NCBI GenBank assembly: GCA_043228905.1
Contig: JBHGNT010000010.1
Location: 11,532,001 to 11,596,000 of the forward strand
From: Azolla caroliniana
Taxonomy: Eukaryota > Plantae > Polypodiophyta
Reading direction: 5' to 3'
DNA: 64,000 nt
Shown here: in pieces, positions 61,370 to 64,000 of the stretch
Position numbering within the stretch: position 1 is the first letter of the stretch
Layout of the letters: each line of letters starts with the position of its first letter
The notes under the pieces: generated by a model
Database searches by the model: none
Seen by the model: the letters and a program-made list of their open reading frames with translations, nothing else
What the model was told of the DNA's origin: nothing
Position numbers and translations under genes: made by a program

Positions 61370-63029
61370 ATATTTCAAACACTTAAACCCAGAACCTTAT
61401 AAACCAAGCACAATGTATATACTAGTAGGCTAGGCTATTTGTTTTTAGAAATGTTCTCAAGAATGTGCTTCACTATATAAGAATAAACCTAAATATTGTA
61501 TTAAGTAAAATTGAGGGACTTGAACCCTCAACCTTATATACCAAGCACAAAGCATACACGACTAAGCTAGGTTATTTATTTTAAAGTTTTATGTCCATCA
61601 TTATAGTTATCCCATATATATTTTCATACATGGGAGCTTAGATGAGCATGATGGCTATCATGCATCACATGTAACACATGTGCGCCAAATGGTGATCATG
61701 CATCACATGCATGCCATGCATGCCACGCATGTTATGCACCCACACATTATCATTTGCATGAGCACAACTATATAAAGAGGGGGAAGGAAAGTAAGAAGGG
61801 AATCAAGGAAGAGAAACTTAGAAAATAAGATAATTAAACAAACAAGTTAGGTCATTGGGAAGAGGCTTGTGTTTCGAAGTAAGAAATCAAAGAAGTTAGC
61901 TCATTTGGCGAGGAGCCTCGTGTTTTCAAAATCGGAGTCAAGGGTTCGAATCTAGAGTTTAAGGAAGAAAAGTCGTATCTTGTATCAACATTGTACAGTT
62001 GGTAAATTCTTGTATTCTTAATATTTAAAGCTTGTTCTTATCATACCATTTCAATTCTTCAATGATACATTGTCTCTGTCTCTTATCTATGCTCATCTCT
62101 CTCTCGCACATTACTTCTAACTCTTGTTCTTCTTATCCTTAATAATCTTTCTAACATTGTTGCACAAGCCTTATAAAATATATAGCCAACTCCTTTTAAC
62201 CTTAATCCATGCGACTTCGCCGCACGAACCACAACTACCCCGACACCGCGATGGGAGGATGTTTATCGATCTTATCCACTCGGATGTGTGGGGACCGACA
62301 TAAAACGTGAGCATCGGTGGGAGTCAATATTTCATCTCCTTCATCGACGATTTCATCCGACACACTTGGATCTATCTAATCAAGAAGAAAAGTGAAGTCT
62401 TCTTATGTTTCTGGGATTTGAAGAACCTTGTCGAACGTGAGACCAGAAGAAAGATCAAGTGTTTGAGATCGGATGGCGAAAAAGAGTATTTTTCCGGCCA
62501 ATTCACAAGCTATCTACAGACAAAGGGAATCTGACGGGAATTCTCTTGTAGATACACATCAGAGCATAACCGCGTGGCCGAGCATTGAAACACGATGTTG
62601 GTAGAAGCGGCAAGGGTGATGCTTGAGGAAAAAGGCATGCCCAAGTTTTATTGGGCCGAAGTGATTCGGATAGCTATCTACATCCAGAATCAGATATCTG
62701 CCTCAGGGACAAAGGTGTCGCCGCATGAACTGTATTTTGAGCGGAAGCCGAATTTGGCACACCTTTGGGTGTTCGGTAGCATTGCATATGTGCATGTACC
62801 GAAGGAAAAACAGAGGAAGTTAGACGTGAAAGCCGAAAAGTGCATTCTCGTCGGCCACTCGGATGAATAGAAGGGTTATAAGTGTTATAACCCCCCCAAT
62901 TGAAAGCGGTCTGAGTCAGCCAAGATGTCGTGTTTGATGAATCGGTATCTTGGTACTTCTCTCCACCCGAACCCGAGCCGATTGGTGTAGATGATTCGGT
63001 GGAATCCGAAATAGAGAGAAGTGTCGAGA

Positions 63030-64000
63030 GAATTAACTCTTCAACATACAATGGAAATGCAAAAGTTAGAGATCAAAGTTTTGCGTGAAGAACTACATGC
63101 AATGAAGAACATGACTATTCAAATGCAAGATAATCGGATGCCTAAAATAGAAAGAAAAATGTTGAGTCTTGAAGTAGAAAAAGATATTTTAGTGAAGGCA
63201 AATGCCGAAATAAAATCTACAATTGAGGGGAAGGAAGATGTGATCATGACAAGGTGGAAAGATGTTCTGTTGAAAGAAACACCAAAAATCACACAAAGGC
63301 ATTCTAATACCATGGATGTGTTAGATGCAAAGGACCAATATGAAATTGAAAGAGGAATGAATAATATTGTCATTACAAGTATGCAAGAGAATGAAACAAA
63401 TAATTCATTATCTCTCAGAGAGAATATTACGAAATTCTTTGAAGATCACTTTGTTATGTGAGATGTTATTGTATATGCCTCATAGGGTTGGCAAAAAACA
63501 ACTAGAGGGAAAGTCATCTCGAGCTATTGTTTGTACAATCCTTGATGAACATAAAAGGGCGCAATGATTCTAGATAGTAGTAAGGTGTACTTAAAAGGGA
63601 CAAGTTTTTTTGTAACAAAGGATAGAACTCCACAAAAGCAAGAACATAGAAGGCAAGCATATGCATCTAGGAAAGCAAATCAAAATGCATAGCAAGCAAC
63701 GACCTATGGGACTATAAGTGCTTCACGGTTGAAAGTAATGTTTTGGAATTGTAGAGGATATCCATGGAATAAGGGTTTAGGACTCAATGATGTAGCTCAA
63801 GGAATGCATATTATATTTTTGGTTGAAACATAGGAGCATGAGGCAAACCGTATACCTAAGATAGACGATTACCTCATAAAATCGATATGGCCTCACTCCA
63901 AAGGGAATATTGGGCATGCCGAGATAACATGTATCTACCATGAGAGCTTAGATAATTCTATCAAAGTATGCAAATATGATGACTATAAGAGATACATATG
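63030..64000 (+). mobile_element. Degenerate LINE 5' part: coiled-coil/RRM-like ORF1 and start of the APE endonuclease; runs off the window
   Basis: ORF 63021-63461 (NNIVI..M.E), HRVGKK...RAIV, then LKVMFWNCRG...IIFLVET from about 63729. Confidence 0.75.

Larger units (their letters stand above)
60267..62245 (+). mobile_element. Solo LTR I (B-like Gypsy lineage) with 4-bp TSD
   Basis: TGTCGTGAAG...CGACA, with the same first 10 nt as B's LTR; TSD CCGC at 60263-60266 and 62246-62249. Removing it restores the QGHRDGRMF frame. Confidence 0.85.
58437..63020 (+). mobile_element. Copia H (family of A): 5' LTR 58437-58856, PBS, degenerate gag-PR-INT, 3'-truncated
   Basis: TGTA...TACA followed by TGGTATCAGAGC (58857-58868); gag, WYVDSGASNHM and INT ORFs 62307-62870. 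Confidence 0.88.

Overview
Eukaryotic, TE-dense land-plant nuclear DNA. The retroelement types, microsatellite-rich genes and giant intron suggest a seed-free plant such as a fern (inference). There are two intact host genes, both on the + strand: a 3-exon BTB/NPH3 (NRL-family) gene at 22390-24955 and a 5-exon VTI1 Qb-SNARE gene at 28902-46751. The last VTI1 intron is 15.5 kb and is packed with Copia 3' ends, RTE/RTEX-like LINEs and a Penelope-like RT relic. The left 20 kb is a datable nest: Copia A contains Gypsy B (tRNA-Trp PBS, 4-bp TSD), which contains a very young Tnt1-like Copia C with an aberrant junction; A also carries a solo LTR. The right 16 kb holds L1 fragments, a hAT-type MITE and further nested LTR elements. 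Among them is a 1-kb non-coding TRIM with a duplicated tRNA-Ala PBS, a 4-bp TSD and an array of about 8 RNA hairpins. There are no CRISPR arrays and no rRNA or tRNA genes. All alignments were done by eye.
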